Of a stretch of 64,000 nucleotides of DNA, positions 1-10,934 are shown in pieces. The stretch's first letter is position 1, and every line of letters begins with the position of its first letter. Position numbers and translations under genes: made by a program. A model generated the notes under the pieces. It did no database searches. It was not told the DNA's origin and was given only the letters and a program-made list of their open reading frames with translations. This stretch comes from an uncultured Methanolobus sp. GTDB lineage: Archaea > Halobacteriota > Methanosarcinia > Methanosarcinales > Methanosarcinaceae. The stretch is from assembly GCA_963675495.1 (NCBI GenBank), contig OY776215.1:1856001-1920000 (forward strand), read 5' to 3'.

Positions 1-384
1 TTTCGGGTTGATGGTGAATCCTGACACATCATTGACAATATTTGCACCGTGTTTCAGGGATTCTTCTGCAACGCTGGCATATACTGTATCTACGGAAATG
101 AGAGCATCTACATTATCCTTCAGGATATCCAGTGCAGGGATCATGCGGTCCAGTTCCTCATCCTCTCCGATAACAGGACTTGCAAGTGGCCATGTTGATC
201 GGGCGCCAATATCTATTATAGCTGCTCCGCTGTCAACCATTTTATGTGCTACATCAAGAAGAGAATCAGTACTAACAACCGAACCCTTATAGAAGGATTC
301 CTTGCTCAGGTTGATAACTCCCATTAATCTCACGGGGTGTTCATCGCCAACCTTCAAGCCGCATATGTCAACATCAACAACCAT
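1..384 (-). CDS. folP: Dihydropteroate synthase (5' part; runs off window start)
   Basis: Manual translation from ATG at 384: MVVDVDICGLKVGDEHPVRLMGVINLSKESFY...IIDIGARST...ISVDT...GANIVNDVSG, which are DHPS motifs; downstream of folD on the same strand. Confidence 0.88.
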   Translation of the reverse strand, partial: MVVDVDICGLKVGDEHPVRLMGVINLSKESFYKGSVVSTDSLLDVAHKMVDSGAAIIDIGARSTWPLASPVIGEDEELDRMIPALDILKDNVDALISVDTVYASVAEESLKHGANIVNDVSGFTINPK

Positions 385-473
385 TATTCAACCAATTAGT
401 ATTAATTCGGGGTAAGATTCGTAAAGTAAATCAATCAAAATAGTATTCTGCTAATAAAATATAAATGTGCTTA

Positions 474-1334
474 TCAGGCATTATTTGCTGCCGTAAGCAC
501 GTGTTCCATAAGGATTGCGATGGTCATTGGTCCAACGCCTCCGGGAACCGGAGTTATGAGTGAAGCCTTCTTCACCACATTATCAAAATCAACATCACCG
601 TAAACCTTGCCGTTCTCTTCAGTGATTCCCACATCAAAAATTACTGCGCCTTCCTTTACCATATCTGCTTTGATAAGGTGCTTGACTCCTGTACCAACAA
701 CAAGGATATCGGCATCAAGGGTGAATTTCTTCAGGTCATCTGTGAAAACATGGCACACAGAAACTGTTGCATTCCTGTTCACAAGCATTGCTGCCATGGG
801 TTTTCCCACGACGTTACTGTGTCCTACAATAACTGCATGTTTGCCCTGTATTGGCACATTGTATTCTTCAAGCGCTCTTATGACACCTTTCGGAGTGCAG
901 GGTACAAGACCCTCCTCACCTATCAGGAGTTTGCCCATGTTATATGCGTGGAATCCATCTGCATCCTTTGCAGGATCGATGGCAAGCATTGCAGATTTAT
1001 CATCAAGGTGTTTTGGAAGAGGTAACTGAAGGAGAATCCCATGTATATCTTTCCGTGAGTTCAATTCACGGATACGTTCCATGAGTTCTTCCTGGGTGGT
1101 AGATTGCGGCATGTTGTGATCCTCTGCATGTATGCCGACCCTTTCACATGCCTTGTGCTTAAGGCGCACATACATTTTGGATGCCGGATCCTCACCTACA
1201 AGTATTGTTGCAAGTCCGGGAATTATTCCCTTCTCTGCACTAAGCTGGTCAACTCCCTGCTTTACCTGTTCTTCCACTTTCTTTGACAGGCTTCTCCCAT
1301 CTATCTTCCTGGAATCGTAGTTCTCTTCTGACAT
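474..1334 (-). CDS. folD: Bifunctional methylenetetrahydrofolate dehydrogenase/cyclohydrolase
   Basis: [31 protein letters not shown] and [12 protein letters not shown] motifs; start taken at MSEENY (1334). Confidence 0.96.
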   Translation of the reverse strand: MSEENYDSRKIDGRSLSKKVEEQVKQGVDQLSAEKGIIPGLATILVGEDPASKMYVRLKHKACERVGIHAEDHNMPQSTTQEELMERIRELNSRKDIHGILLQLPLPKHLDDKSAMLAIDPAKDADGFHAYNMGKLLIGEEGLVPCTPKGVIRALEEYNVPIQGKHAVIVGHSNVVGKPMAAMLVNRNATVSVCHVFTDDLKKFTLDADILVVGTGVKHLIKADMVKEGAVIFDVGITEENGKVYGDVDFDNVVKKASLITPVPGGVGPMTIAILMEHVLTAANNA

Positions 1335-1384
1335 TATGCAAACACCTGTGATATTTTCCTTATACAGGATTGCTTTTTGATTAT

Positions 1385-2623
1385 TTATTGTTTGTATATC
1401 GGGAATCTGCTGCAAAGCTGCTCAACATCAGAGCTGATTCCATGGAGGACTGAGTCATCATTGAGGTTGTTGATAACTTCTGTTATGAATCCTGCAATTT
1501 CCTTCATGTCGTCTTCTTTCATTCCTCTGGTTGTTGAAGCAGGTGTGCCGATCCTGACTCCGCTTGTGATGAACGGACTTCTTGTCTCAAATGGAATAGT
1601 ATTCTTATTGAGCACAATGCCTGCTTTGCTTAGAGCAGCTTCTGCTTCCTTTCCTGTGATGTCGAACTTGTTAAGGTTCAAGAGCATTACGTGGTTGTCA
1701 GTTCCACCTGAAACAATATCAAAACCATTGTTCTGCAGTTCAGTTGCCAGGACACTTGCGTTCTTTACGGTTTGGAACTGGTCTGTCTTGAAGTCCTCTC
1801 CCAGTGCTTCCTTAAATGCAACAGCCTTTGCTGCGATGATGTGCATGAGCGGACCGCCCTGGATTCCAGGGAAAACTGCCTTGTTAAGTCCCTTTGCATA
1901 TTCTTCTTTACACATGACCATTCCACCCCTTGGACCCCTGAGTGTCTTGTGGGTTGTGGTTGTGACAAAGTCTGCGTAAGGTACGGGGCTTGGGTGCGCG
2001 CCGGCAGCAACAAGTCCTGCAATATGTGCGATATCTGCAAGCAGGTATGCTCCTACTTCATCAGCTATCTCTTTGAACGCCTTGAAATCAATTGTTTTTG
2101 AATATGCTGAAGCGCCACAAACTATCATCTGTGGTTTGTTCTCTTTTGCCATTTCCATAAGCGCATCATAATCAAGGGCTTCTGTTTCCTTGTCAACACC
2201 ATATGGTACTACATTATAGAGCTGTCCTGCAAAGTTAACAGGGCTTCCATGCGAAAGATGACCACCATGTGTAAGGTCCATGGACATTATGGTGTCACCG
2301 GGTTTTATAACTGAGAAATAGCATGCCATATTGGCACCGGATCCAGAGTGTGGCTGGACATTCACATGCTCTGCACCGAAGATCGCCTTTGCTCTCTCAA
2401 TGGCAAGGTCTTCTGCAATATCAACGAATTCGCATCCGCCGTAGTAGCGCTTTCCTGAATAGCCTTCAGCATATTTGTTTGTCATTACAGAGCCCTGGGC
2501 CTGCATTACTGCGCGGCTTGCATAGTTCTCTGATGCGATCAGGTTCAACTTGTAATCCTGGCGGTTTGCTTCCAGCCTGAGGGCCTCTGCAATATCCGGG
2601 TCAACTTCTGAGATATGAGACAT
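1385..2623 (-). CDS. glyA: Serine hydroxymethyltransferase (bacterial-type, THF-dependent)
   Basis: LIASEN, NKYAEGY, GGHLSHG and [16 protein letters not shown]-lysine motifs. Confidence 0.97.
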   Translation of the reverse strand: MSHISEVDPDIAEALRLEANRQDYKLNLIASENYASRAVMQAQGSVMTNKYAEGYSGKRYYGGCEFVDIAEDLAIERAKAIFGAEHVNVQPHSGSGANMACYFSVIKPGDTIMSMDLTHGGHLSHGSPVNFAGQLYNVVPYGVDKETEALDYDALMEMAKENKPQMIVCGASAYSKTIDFKAFKEIADEVGAYLLADIAHIAGLVAAGAHPSPVPYADFVTTTTHKTLRGPRGGMVMCKEEYAKGLNKAVFPGIQGGPLMHIIAAKAVAFKEALGEDFKTDQFQTVKNASVLATELQNNGFDIVSGGTDNHVMLLNLNKFDITGKEAEAALSKAGIVLNKNTIPFETRSPFITSGVRIGTPASTTRGMKEDDMKEIAGFITEVINNLNDDSVLHGISSDVEQLCSRFPIYKQ

Positions 2624-2699
2624 TGTTACCAACCGTTAGATTCGATAGTGATATATTTGAAATATTTTCTGGCCTTGCCAGAAATAGATGAGTGTTGAT

Positions 2700-3308
2700 T
2701 TATGAATGTACTACAATTCTACCTTCCACTTTAAGTTTACCCTCAACGAATAGTTTGACAGCTTCCGGGTAGACTTTGTGCTCCTGTTCAAGTATGCGTG
2801 CTGAGAGGTCATCAGCAGTATCTGTATCAAGGACAGGTACACATTTCTGGATGATTATAGGACCTGTATCCATTCCTTCATCAACAAAATGTACTGTGCA
2901 GCCGCTAACCTTCACGCCATACTCAAAAGCCTGTTGCTGTGCATGTAGTCCTTTGAAAGAAGGGAGCAATGCAGGGTGGATGTTTATTATTTTGTTTTTA
3001 TATGCTGCAATTAGGTTTTTTCCTACTATGCGCATGTATCCTGCAAGAAGTATAAGGTCAACATCGTTGTCTTTCAGGACTTCTAATATGTCTTTTTCGT
3101 AATCCTGCTTATTTGGGTAATCAGAGGGATCGATGAAAACATCAGCTATCCCATGATTTTGGGCACGCTCAAGCGCATAGGCATCTCCAACATCGCTAAT
3201 GACGACAGATATCCTTGCGTTTTTGATGTAGCCCGTTTCGATATTGTCGATAATTGATTGAAGATTCGATCCTCTTCCTGAAACAAGTACTGCGATGTTG
3301 GTGGTCAT
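2700..3308 (-). CDS. purN: Phosphoribosylglycinamide formyltransferase
   Basis: SGRGSNLQ, LAGYMRI, INIHPALLPSF, GCTVHFV and DTGPII motifs. Confidence 0.97.
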   Translation of the reverse strand: MTTNIAVLVSGRGSNLQSIIDNIETGYIKNARISVVISDVGDAYALERAQNHGIADVFIDPSDYPNKQDYEKDILEVLKDNDVDLILLAGYMRIVGKNLIAAYKNKIINIHPALLPSFKGLHAQQQAFEYGVKVSGCTVHFVDEGMDTGPIIIQKCVPVLDTDTADDLSARILEQEHKVYPEAVKLFVEGKLKVEGRIVVHS

Positions 3309-3411
3309 TGTTAGTCCTAAAAGAGATTTCTATATATTAGCGTTTTGGATTTGCTCAAAACAACTGAAAACTATGCAATAAACGATTTAAGGTGAACACT
3401 GGATTAGAACA

Positions 3412-4380
3412 TCAAATATTGATATTGTGCTTTTTAGTCCTTTCATCGATCAGTTCTGCCAGTTCCTCAGTGCCGGACAGCTTGTCAAGCTCACATTTCT
3501 CAATAAGAATTGTGTTCTCAACTGTTTCTGATTTCATCTGGCCGTTAATTATAAAGACTGATTTTGTCCTTGTTACGCAGGATATACTACTCATAAGGTC
3601 AGCCCGCTTTATCATTGCGCTGCTATAAGTGCTGACACCTGTCAATAGTGTGTCAGACGTATCTTTTGATATTGCTTTGAAAGGCGCCTGGCTTGTTGAC
3701 ATGACCTGGTAGCCAAGAGCATAGAGCATACCCAGGATACCATCATCCGGTTGTGTCTCAGGTACTTTTTCCTGTTTAGCCTCAACATTTACCTTTTTCT
3801 CAAAACCACGGAGAATATCTATTGATTTTGCAAGGGCAACATCCAGTAGTTCCTCAAGATGAAGGACTATATCAATAGATGCATCCATACCGCCTTCTTC
3901 GTATTTGCTTATGGTCCTTCTGGAAACCCCAAGCTCGGTGGCAAGGGCTCCGAGTGACATTTCGGTCCGTTTACGGGCTTCTTTAAGTACATCACCATCT
4001 ATCGAAACATAAAGTCCGCCAGGGGCTGCTGATACAAGGGGAGGTATCTCCTCCACAAAATAATCATAAAGTGTTTGCACACTGAGGGCCGGAATCTCAT
4101 AACGCATATACACTACGCTATCCTCAAGCATCTGGTCACGGGTCTTTGCACCAATAAGTACTGCAGTCCCTCCAAGATAGCGCGCAAGGCTTTTCATTTC
4201 TCTTGCAGTTTCCTCATTTAGTCCGTCAATATTGTATAGTACTTTATAAAAAATGAGTGTTTCATCTTTCCTTGCTGCAAGGTCAAAGCTTCGTGGTCTA
4301 ATATTGCATCTTTTTGATACAATGAAGCCTGCTTGCTGTAATACATCAATGATTTGATGTATCAGGATTTCTTTCGTCAT
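3412..4380 (-). CDS. Conserved archaeal Cro/C1 HTH transcriptional regulator (MJ1164-like)
   Basis: RSFDLAARK N-terminus; central HTH SLGALATELGVSRRTISKYEEG. Confidence 0.85.
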   Translation of the reverse strand: MTKEILIHQIIDVLQQAGFIVSKRCNIRPRSFDLAARKDETLIFYKVLYNIDGLNEETAREMKSLARYLGGTAVLIGAKTRDQMLEDSVVYMRYEIPALSVQTLYDYFVEEIPPLVSAAPGGLYVSIDGDVLKEARKRTEMSLGALATELGVSRRTISKYEEGGMDASIDIVLHLEELLDVALAKSIDILRGFEKKVNVEAKQEKVPETQPDDGILGMLYALGYQVMSTSQAPFKAISKDTSDTLLTGVSTYSSAMIKRADLMSSISCVTRTKSVFIINGQMKSETVENTILIEKCELDKLSGTEELAELIDERTKKHNINI

Positions 4381-4639
4381 GACAGAATAGGCTTTGTTTG
4401 CACATCTATATAGCTTTATCGTAAAAATTATAGTTATAACATTTGTTTAGCTTTTTTGGAGTCATCTCTAATCCTCTTTACCTAGTAAATTATTTATTAG
4501 ATGTGTTGAAATACAATTGTATATACAATAATTGCCTTTTTTCTAATAATAGTTAAGAATTGCCATGATGTTAGTATGAATATGAAGGTTTAGGATACGA
4601 ACAAAGGGGATGCAAAAAAATTATTAGGAGAAATCCTTT

Positions 4640-6709
4640 ATGCCTATATCCAATAGAACAGAAATCAATCATCTGGTAAGTGAAAATAAAAAATCCAGTG
4701 AAAAAATGGATATAATGCCAATGGTAATTCTTTTTCTGGATACGAAAGGTAGTGTTTCATTTGTTAACAAAAGAATTCTTGAATTGACCGGCCATAAAGA
4801 AAAAGATATTTCAGGGACTCAATGGTTTGACGTACTAGTACCACATGAATTTAAATCTGAATCTCGTTCTATATGGAATAAATTCATTTCTGATAAAATA
4901 ACTTCTGTTGAGAATCTTGAGATTCCCCTTCTGAAAGCAGATGGCACAAAAATTTCCGTTCTTTGGAATGCCGTTTCATTCACAGATGATGGTCTTTTTA
5001 AAGGTATCATTATTTCAGGTGAAGAAATTACCCGACAAAAGATCTCTCAAAAAGAACTTCAAGAAAGTGAGCTGCTTTTCAAGAGAGTGGTAGAGTTCTC
5101 TCCTGTATCTGTTGCTTTGTTGGATTCCAGTTTTAGCCCTATTTATTTTAACAGGAAATTCACGGAAACTTTCGGTTACACTCTTGAAGATGTATCGGAA
5201 ATGGATCAATGGTGGGAGTTTGTACATCCCAACCAGGAACGTAGGAAAACAATTTTTGAATCATGGTGTTCAAGCCAATCTTCATCATGGGATGAAATAA
5301 ACAATGTTTATACCAAAGAATGTGGAATATTGTGCAAAAATGGTTCTGTAATAGATGTTTTGTTTAGTTTTGCAAAAATAACAGATGATGCATCTATCCT
5401 TGTTTTTAAAAATATAACTGAAGTGAAAGCTGCAAAGAAAGCTTTTTTCTTAGATGAACTGAGGTTAGAGGCCCTTGTTGAACTTAATCAGTTTATTGGT
5501 TCAACAACAGACAATGTCATAAATTTCTCGCTTGAAAAAGCTGTTGAGCTCACAGAAAGCCAGGTTGGATATATTGCTTTTATAAATGAGGATGAGGCCA
5601 CTGCAAATGTGTATGGCCTATCAAAAAAAGCAAGGGAACTTTGTGTAATTGATAGCATAAGTACTATCTTCAGTTTTGAAGAAATGGGACTTTGGGGTGA
5701 ACCCATACGACAGCGTAAACCAGTAGTAACGAATGATTATGCACGGGATGTTTCCTTTAAAAAAGGACTGCCTAAAGGTCATATGGATCTCCGAAACCAT
5801 CTTGGGATTCCTGTGTTCGATAATGACCGGATTGTTATGCTTGCAGGTGTGGGAAATAAAGACAGTGATTATAACAGTTCTGATATCAGGCAAATGACGC
5901 TTCTTGTGCAAGGAACGTGGAAGTTTATACAAAGGAAACAGAGTGAGGATAAAATAAAAGCATATTCAGATGAGCTGGCTAAAAACTACAAGGAACTTGA
6001 ATCGCTGGATCGAATGAAAGATGAATTCATGGCAAATATAACCCATGAACTAAAGACCCCCCTTATTCCTATCAAAGGGTACAGTGAACTTCTTTTCGAT
6101 GGACACCTTGGAACCATGGAGGAAGATCAAAGGAAAGGTGTAGGAATTATTTTGCAAAATGCTAAAAGATTGCATAAATTGATAGATTCCCTGCTGTATA
6201 TGCAAAATATTCGTTCAGGGAATATTCAGTATCATCTTGATTCTATTGATATTGTCAATTTACTTGACAAAGTAATTGGTGATCAGTTATCTATGCGAAG
6301 TGAAAAAAGTCCGGTTTTGAATAAAGGATATGTTTCACCTCTTCCTTTTGTTTGTGGGAATGTAACTTATTTGGAGCAGGTATTTTCCCATATACTTGAA
6401 AATGCATTTAAATTTACATCTTCTGAAGGTTCGGTAACTATGGATGCATTTCAAGAAAAGGGCAATGTACATGTTGTTGTAAAAGATACTGGAATAGGCA
6501 TTCCCAAAGATGAAATAAAACATATTTTCAAAAGATTCTATCAGATGGACGGTTCTCTTACACGTCGATATGGTGGTAATGGTCTTGGATTATATCTTTG
6601 TAAGAGTATAGTAGAGGAACACGCCGGTTCTATCTGGGCAACAAGTGAAGAAGGCAAAGGAACTGAGATACATGTGCTCCTCCCAAAAATCAATGACGAA
6701 AAATCCTGA
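4640..6709 (+). CDS. PAS-PAS-GAF sensor histidine kinase (cytoplasmic, orphan)
   Basis: Two PAS-like segments and a GAF; H-box ITHELKTPL; ENAFKFT, DTGIGIP and GGNGLGL ATPase boxes. Confidence 0.93.
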   Translation: MPISNRTEINHLVSENKKSSEKMDIMPMVILFLDTKGSVSFVNKRILELTGHKEKDISGTQWFDVLVPHEFKSESRSIWNKFISDKITSVENLEIPLLKADGTKISVLWNAVSFTDDGLFKGIIISGEEITRQKISQKELQESELLFKRVVEFSPVSVALLDSSFSPIYFNRKFTETFGYTLEDVSEMDQWWEFVHPNQERRKTIFESWCSSQSSSWDEINNVYTKECGILCKNGSVIDVLFSFAKITDDASILVFKNITEVKAAKKAFFLDELRLEALVELNQFIGSTTDNVINFSLEKAVELTESQVGYIAFINEDEATANVYGLSKKARELCVIDSISTIFSFEEMGLWGEPIRQRKPVVTNDYARDVSFKKGLPKGHMDLRNHLGIPVFDNDRIVMLAGVGNKDSDYNSSDIRQMTLLVQGTWKFIQRKQSEDKIKAYSDELAKNYKELESLDRMKDEFMANITHELKTPLIPIKGYSELLFDGHLGTMEEDQRKGVGIILQNAKRLHKLIDSLLYMQNIRSGNIQYHLDSIDIVNLLDKVIGDQLSMRSEKSPVLNKGYVSPLPFVCGNVTYLEQVFSHILENAFKFTSSEGSVTMDAFQEKGNVHVVVKDTGIGIPKDEIKHIFKRFYQMDGSLTRRYGGNGLGLYLCKSIVEEHAGSIWATSEEGKGTEIHVLLPKINDEKS

Positions 6710-6758
6710 GCATCAGAGAATCATTTAACACTGATCAGTCATATTTGCTATTGGTTCA

Positions 6759-8063
6759 ATGAATACTGAATACACTAAAATGGTTATAGGTATTGATGAT
6801 ACGGATTCCAGGGATGGTATGTGTACTACCTACCTCTGCGCTCTTTTAAGGGATGAGCTCTCATCTTTTGCAAATATCATAGCAGAACCTATACTTGTCC
6901 GCCTTAATCCTACTATTCCATACAAGACCCGTGGGAATGCATCTGTAGCATTGTTTGTCCAGTGCAAAGAACCGGGGAAAGTAATGGAACATGTTACGCA
7001 AAGGGTTACTTCCATGGCATGCATGGACAATGAGAACACCAACCCGGGTATCGTTTTCATCACGGATGACCGGTTTGACAAAGTTAGGGAGGAACTGAGT
7101 GATTTTTTCAGGCGTGCTGTGAAAGAAGTCATCACAATAGATGAAGCGAAAGAACTGTCTTCAAGGCTCGGACTTGATTTTAAAGCGTTCAAGAATGGCC
7201 GTGGACTTATCGGTGCTCTTTCTGCATGTGGTGCAATTCTAAGTCCTGATTGGGATCATACATATGAGTATCTTGCATACAGAAAAACGGATGTATGGGG
7301 TACCCAGCGCTGCGTTGATGAAGATTCTTTCTTTGAAGCTGATTCACAGACATATCCCGATACATGGGACACCGTCGACATAAAAAATAACATGGTAGTT
7401 TGCGTACCTCACTCTGGTGATCCTGTGCTTTACGGAATAAGAGGACGCAGTGCATCTTATGTGGAAAAGGCCGCATCCTTTGTTAGTTCCGAGTCGGTAG
7501 AACGTATATGCACATATAAGACAAATCAGGGCACTGACATGCATCTTATCCCGGTATCAACAATCAGTGATATTCAGGAAATGCATTCCTATATTTTGGA
7601 AGGAGTTGTCTTTTGTGAACCAAAGACAATCAGGGGAGGCCATACCATATTCTCTCTTAAGGATGCTGTTGGGGAAATAATTGACTGTGCTGCCTTTGAG
7701 CCTACAAAGAACTTCAGGGAACTTATACGTAAATTGATACTAGGTGACAGGGTCGTTGTCTATGGTAGTGTTACTGAAAAAACCGTGAACATTGAAAAAA
7801 TAAAGATAACGGGGCTTTCTCCAAAATATGAACTTAGAAATCCGCTATGCACATCCTGCGGAAAGAGAATGAAATCCGCTGGCTCAGGTCAGGGCTACAG
7901 ATGCAAAAAATGTGGCACAAAGTCTGATGTTACAGAACGACTGGAAGTGAAAAGAGAAATAGAAGTTGGATTCTATGAGGTTCCACCATGTGCTAGAAGG
8001 CATCTTGCAAAGCAGCTTCTGAGATTTGAGGAAGGGAGTGTTCCTGTTTTCCCGGGCAGATGA
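6759..8063 (+). CDS. tiaS: tRNA(Ile2) 2-agmatinylcytidine synthetase
   Basis: IGIDDTDS..GMCTT, LVRLNPTIPYKTRGN, AAFEPTK OB fold, C-terminal Zn ribbon, RRHLAK. Confidence 0.95.
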   Translation: MNTEYTKMVIGIDDTDSRDGMCTTYLCALLRDELSSFANIIAEPILVRLNPTIPYKTRGNASVALFVQCKEPGKVMEHVTQRVTSMACMDNENTNPGIVFITDDRFDKVREELSDFFRRAVKEVITIDEAKELSSRLGLDFKAFKNGRGLIGALSACGAILSPDWDHTYEYLAYRKTDVWGTQRCVDEDSFFEADSQTYPDTWDTVDIKNNMVVCVPHSGDPVLYGIRGRSASYVEKAASFVSSESVERICTYKTNQGTDMHLIPVSTISDIQEMHSYILEGVVFCEPKTIRGGHTIFSLKDAVGEIIDCAAFEPTKNFRELIRKLILGDRVVVYGSVTEKTVNIEKIKITGLSPKYELRNPLCTSCGKRMKSAGSGQGYRCKKCGTKSDVTERLEVKREIEVGFYEVPPCARRHLAKQLLRFEEGSVPVFPGR

Positions 8064-8076
8064 TCTTTAGCATTGT

Positions 8077-8856
8077 TTATCTGAGGGAGTTCAGCTCTGC
8101 TATTGCAGGAGCTTTTTGTTTGTGCAGGTTCACATTGATGCGCTTTACCACTGAATCTCTCTGGATACTTGTGATGCCAAGTGTATTCTGTGCAACCTGT
8201 GGGCTTTCTCCTTCCAGTAAAAGAGCAAGGAACCTGTCGACCAGTTCATATGTGATTCCGAGTTCTTCCTCGTCGGTCTGGTCTGCCCACAATCTTGCCG
8301 AAGGAGCCTTTGTGATTATCTCTTCCGGAACTCCCACGAGTGCTGACATCTCTTTGACCTCCGTTTTATAGAGGTCACCAATTGGTTCAATGTCAACTCC
8401 TCCATCCCCGTATTTGGTGAAATAGCCTAAAAGTATCTCTGTTTTGTTGCCCGTTCCCATAACCATCCTTGACATCATGTTCGCGTAATAATAAAGGACA
8501 GACATACGTATTCTCGCCTTGAGGTTTCCATTGGAATGTGAATTGGAAGCTGAACTCTCTGGAATTGAGCCCAGATATGTAGAAAGGATCTCTGATATAT
8601 CAACGGTTTTAAATTCAATTCCCAGTCTACTTGCCACTTCAGTGGCATCGAGTACGTCTTCTGCAGGTGTAAGGTTAAGCTCCGGCATGTGTATGCCAAG
8701 GACATTCTCTTTACCAAGGGCTTCAACTGTAAGGTAAGCTGTCAGAGCGGAATCTATACCCCCGCTGAGGCCTATTACTGCACCTTTAACACCTGCTTCA
8801 GTTGTTTTTTCCCTGATGAATTCAACGATGATATCTTTAGCTTTTAAGATGTCCAT
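8077..8856 (-). CDS. nadE: NH3-dependent NAD+ synthetase
   Basis: GLSGGIDS, GNLKARIRM, GYFTKYGDGG and KAPSARLW motifs. Confidence 0.96.
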   Translation of the reverse strand: MDILKAKDIIVEFIREKTTEAGVKGAVIGLSGGIDSALTAYLTVEALGKENVLGIHMPELNLTPAEDVLDATEVASRLGIEFKTVDISEILSTYLGSIPESSASNSHSNGNLKARIRMSVLYYYANMMSRMVMGTGNKTEILLGYFTKYGDGGVDIEPIGDLYKTEVKEMSALVGVPEEIITKAPSARLWADQTDEEELGITYELVDRFLALLLEGESPQVAQNTLGITSIQRDSVVKRINVNLHKQKAPAIAELNSLR

Positions 8857-8902
8857 TTTATCAAGCCTGCCAATCTTTAATTGTGAATGCTCACAATTAT
8901 AC

Positions 8903-9610
8903 TTATTTGTTGGCTTTAGGAGGGAATAACTTGATACCTTCTTCGGTTATGTCATAGTTGATAATGTCCAGTGAGATCTTTGTCCCTCTCATTTTGGGTA
9001 TGTACATGAACCGCTCCATTTTTCCTGTATACGGATTTTCTTTTGTCATCAGCCTGATAGTTCCATAAGTGGAATATTCAGCTATGCGGTGTGTGAGTTC
9101 ATGTGCAGTTGCATCCATTACCATTAAAGATGTCCTTTTTTGATTTGAAAGCACATATGCTAATTTTTCAATTTTGTCTTTGAATGTCTTTAAGTCCATA
9201 CCTATTGAAAAAGTACCCATGTTATCAAAGACAACAACCTCAATATCTTCCTGAATGATGTGTCCAAGGTTGTTTAGGTCATCTATATACATGCTGACAT
9301 TGTTATATCCATCAGCTACATTTTTAGCTCTCATTTCAAGGAAGTGTATCATAGAAAGCTGTTTGTTCTCCACGAAAGGTTCAAGATCAAACCCTAGCGC
9401 TTTACCATGAGCGATTATTTTTTCCGGAACCTCTTCGGTTGCTATCATTGCACATTTTTTACCCTGTTTGCAGGCATTGTAAAGGAATTGGATACATAAA
9501 ATAGTTTTACCAGTTCCCGGCTCACCTGTTATAAGAACACATTCCCCTTCGGGAAACCCACCCTGTAATCTTTTGTCCAGGTCAATATTTCCACTTGATA
9601 TTCTTGTCAT
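8903..9610 (-). CDS. KaiC/RAD55-like RecA-superfamily ATPase (single domain)
   Basis: RISSG..DLD..LQGG, Walker A GEPGTGKT, C-terminal KMRGT. Confidence 0.88.
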   Translation of the reverse strand: MTRISSGNIDLDKRLQGGFPEGECVLITGEPGTGKTILCIQFLYNACKQGKKCAMIATEEVPEKIIAHGKALGFDLEPFVENKQLSMIHFLEMRAKNVADGYNNVSMYIDDLNNLGHIIQEDIEVVVFDNMGTFSIGMDLKTFKDKIEKLAYVLSNQKRTSLMVMDATAHELTHRIAEYSTYGTIRLMTKENPYTGKMERFMYIPKMRGTKISLDIINYDITEEGIKLFPPKANK

Positions 9611-9746
9611 GACTTATCATTTCCTTTTCTCTTTATACAACCTATAATTATATATTTTTATTTGTATAATCTATGGGAGTGTGAAGTATGTTCATTTTTG
9701 AAACTGACAAAGAATTAATCTATGTTCAGACGGTATTTGCTATTAC

Positions 9747-10226
9747 ATGGAATATTACATTGCAGATTCTGCGGTCTTCATAATGGGGGCCGGAGTTGAA
9801 CCACACAGGATGATAACTATACCATCGGTTGTCAATGAACTCAAAAGTAATGAAGCATCCATGCGTTTTGAGCTCGCTCGTGAAAGCGGGGCACGTGTGG
9901 AAATGCCGGAGGATGGTTTTCGAAAGACTGTCCTGGACATAGCAAACAAGACAAGGGACTGTGAAGAATTATCGGCAACTGATATTGATATCCTTGCCAA
10001 GGCCCTTGAATATAAGGAGAATTCAGTCCTCTTAACAGATGACTATGCAGTCCAGAACGTTGCCAGGGTTTTGGGTATAGGGGTAAAGCCGGTAGCCCAG
10101 AAAAAGATAAAGGATGTGCTGGTGTGGCAAAAGGAATGTGTAGGTTGTCGCAGACGTTTTGATAGTGGTGAAGTATGTCCGGTTTGTGGTTCTGCACTTA
10201 AGAAAAAGCGTAAAAGAAAAATATAA
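9747..10226 (+). CDS. nob1: Nob1-family PIN rRNA maturation endonuclease
   Basis: IADSAVFI, LSATDIDILA, LLTDDYAVQNVA, C-terminal CxxC...CPVCG Zn ribbon. Confidence 0.92.
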   Translation: MEYYIADSAVFIMGAGVEPHRMITIPSVVNELKSNEASMRFELARESGARVEMPEDGFRKTVLDIANKTRDCEELSATDIDILAKALEYKENSVLLTDDYAVQNVARVLGIGVKPVAQKKIKDVLVWQKECVGCRRRFDSGEVCPVCGSALKKKRKRKI

Positions 10227-10281
10227 CATCTCTGTTGTTATATAACAAATTATAGGTTAAACATGAACATGCGGGATTCAT

Positions 10282-10893
10282 ATGAAGAATATTGATAAAT
10301 TGATCCAAAAAGCCCTTGAATTGCAGGCAAATGGTCTTGTCACAAGGCAAATTGCAGATGAACTAAACGTTTCCCGGGAGACTGTCACTTGGCTCCTGAC
10401 CCGTGCAAAGAAGGAAGAAGTATCTCCCGCTCCCAAGGACATATCAGTCAACTGGAGCAGCATAGGAAAGAGTGCATACAGGATGCGCCATATTGGAATT
10501 GCAATGTGTGACATGGTGCTGGACACTGTAGAAGAAACAGGTAATGATATTGATATGGTGGTCGGTATTGGTCTTAGCGGTGTTCCTCTTGCAAGTCTTA
10601 TGGCAGAAGAACTGGATACTGAGATATCAGTGTACCATGCCTACAACGACCAGGATGATGATTCCAAGTTAAAGGGTGCATTCAGCAGGAACTTTGCAGG
10701 AATCAAAGGAAAGAAATGTGTCATAGTGGATGATGTCATAACTACAGGTACAACTATGAATGATGTTGTTACCCATCTAAGGAGCTCAGGTGCAAAACCA
10801 ATTGCAATTGCAGTGCTTGTAGACAAGAGCGGCTCTGAATCTGTTTCAGAGGTTCCGATACATGCCCTTGTAAGCATTGTACGCGTGGATTGA
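10282..10893 (+). CDS. gfcR: PyrE-like protein with N-terminal HTH (GfcR-type regulator)
   Basis: [19 protein letters not shown] plus PRPP-binding [12 protein letters not shown]. Confidence 0.85.
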   Translation: MKNIDKLIQKALELQANGLVTRQIADELNVSRETVTWLLTRAKKEEVSPAPKDISVNWSSIGKSAYRMRHIGIAMCDMVLDTVEETGNDIDMVVGIGLSGVPLASLMAEELDTEISVYHAYNDQDDDSKLKGAFSRNFAGIKGKKCVIVDDVITTGTTMNDVVTHLRSSGAKPIAIAVLVDKSGSESVSEVPIHALVSIVRVD

Positions 10894-10934
10894 ATATAAA
10901 AAAGAATTTAAGTTTAATAGATATTAGGTAGGAG

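Noticed and set aside
8903-9610. Circadian clock KaiC
   Set aside because: Single-domain RAD55/KaiC-like ATPase with no kaiA or kaiB; common in archaea
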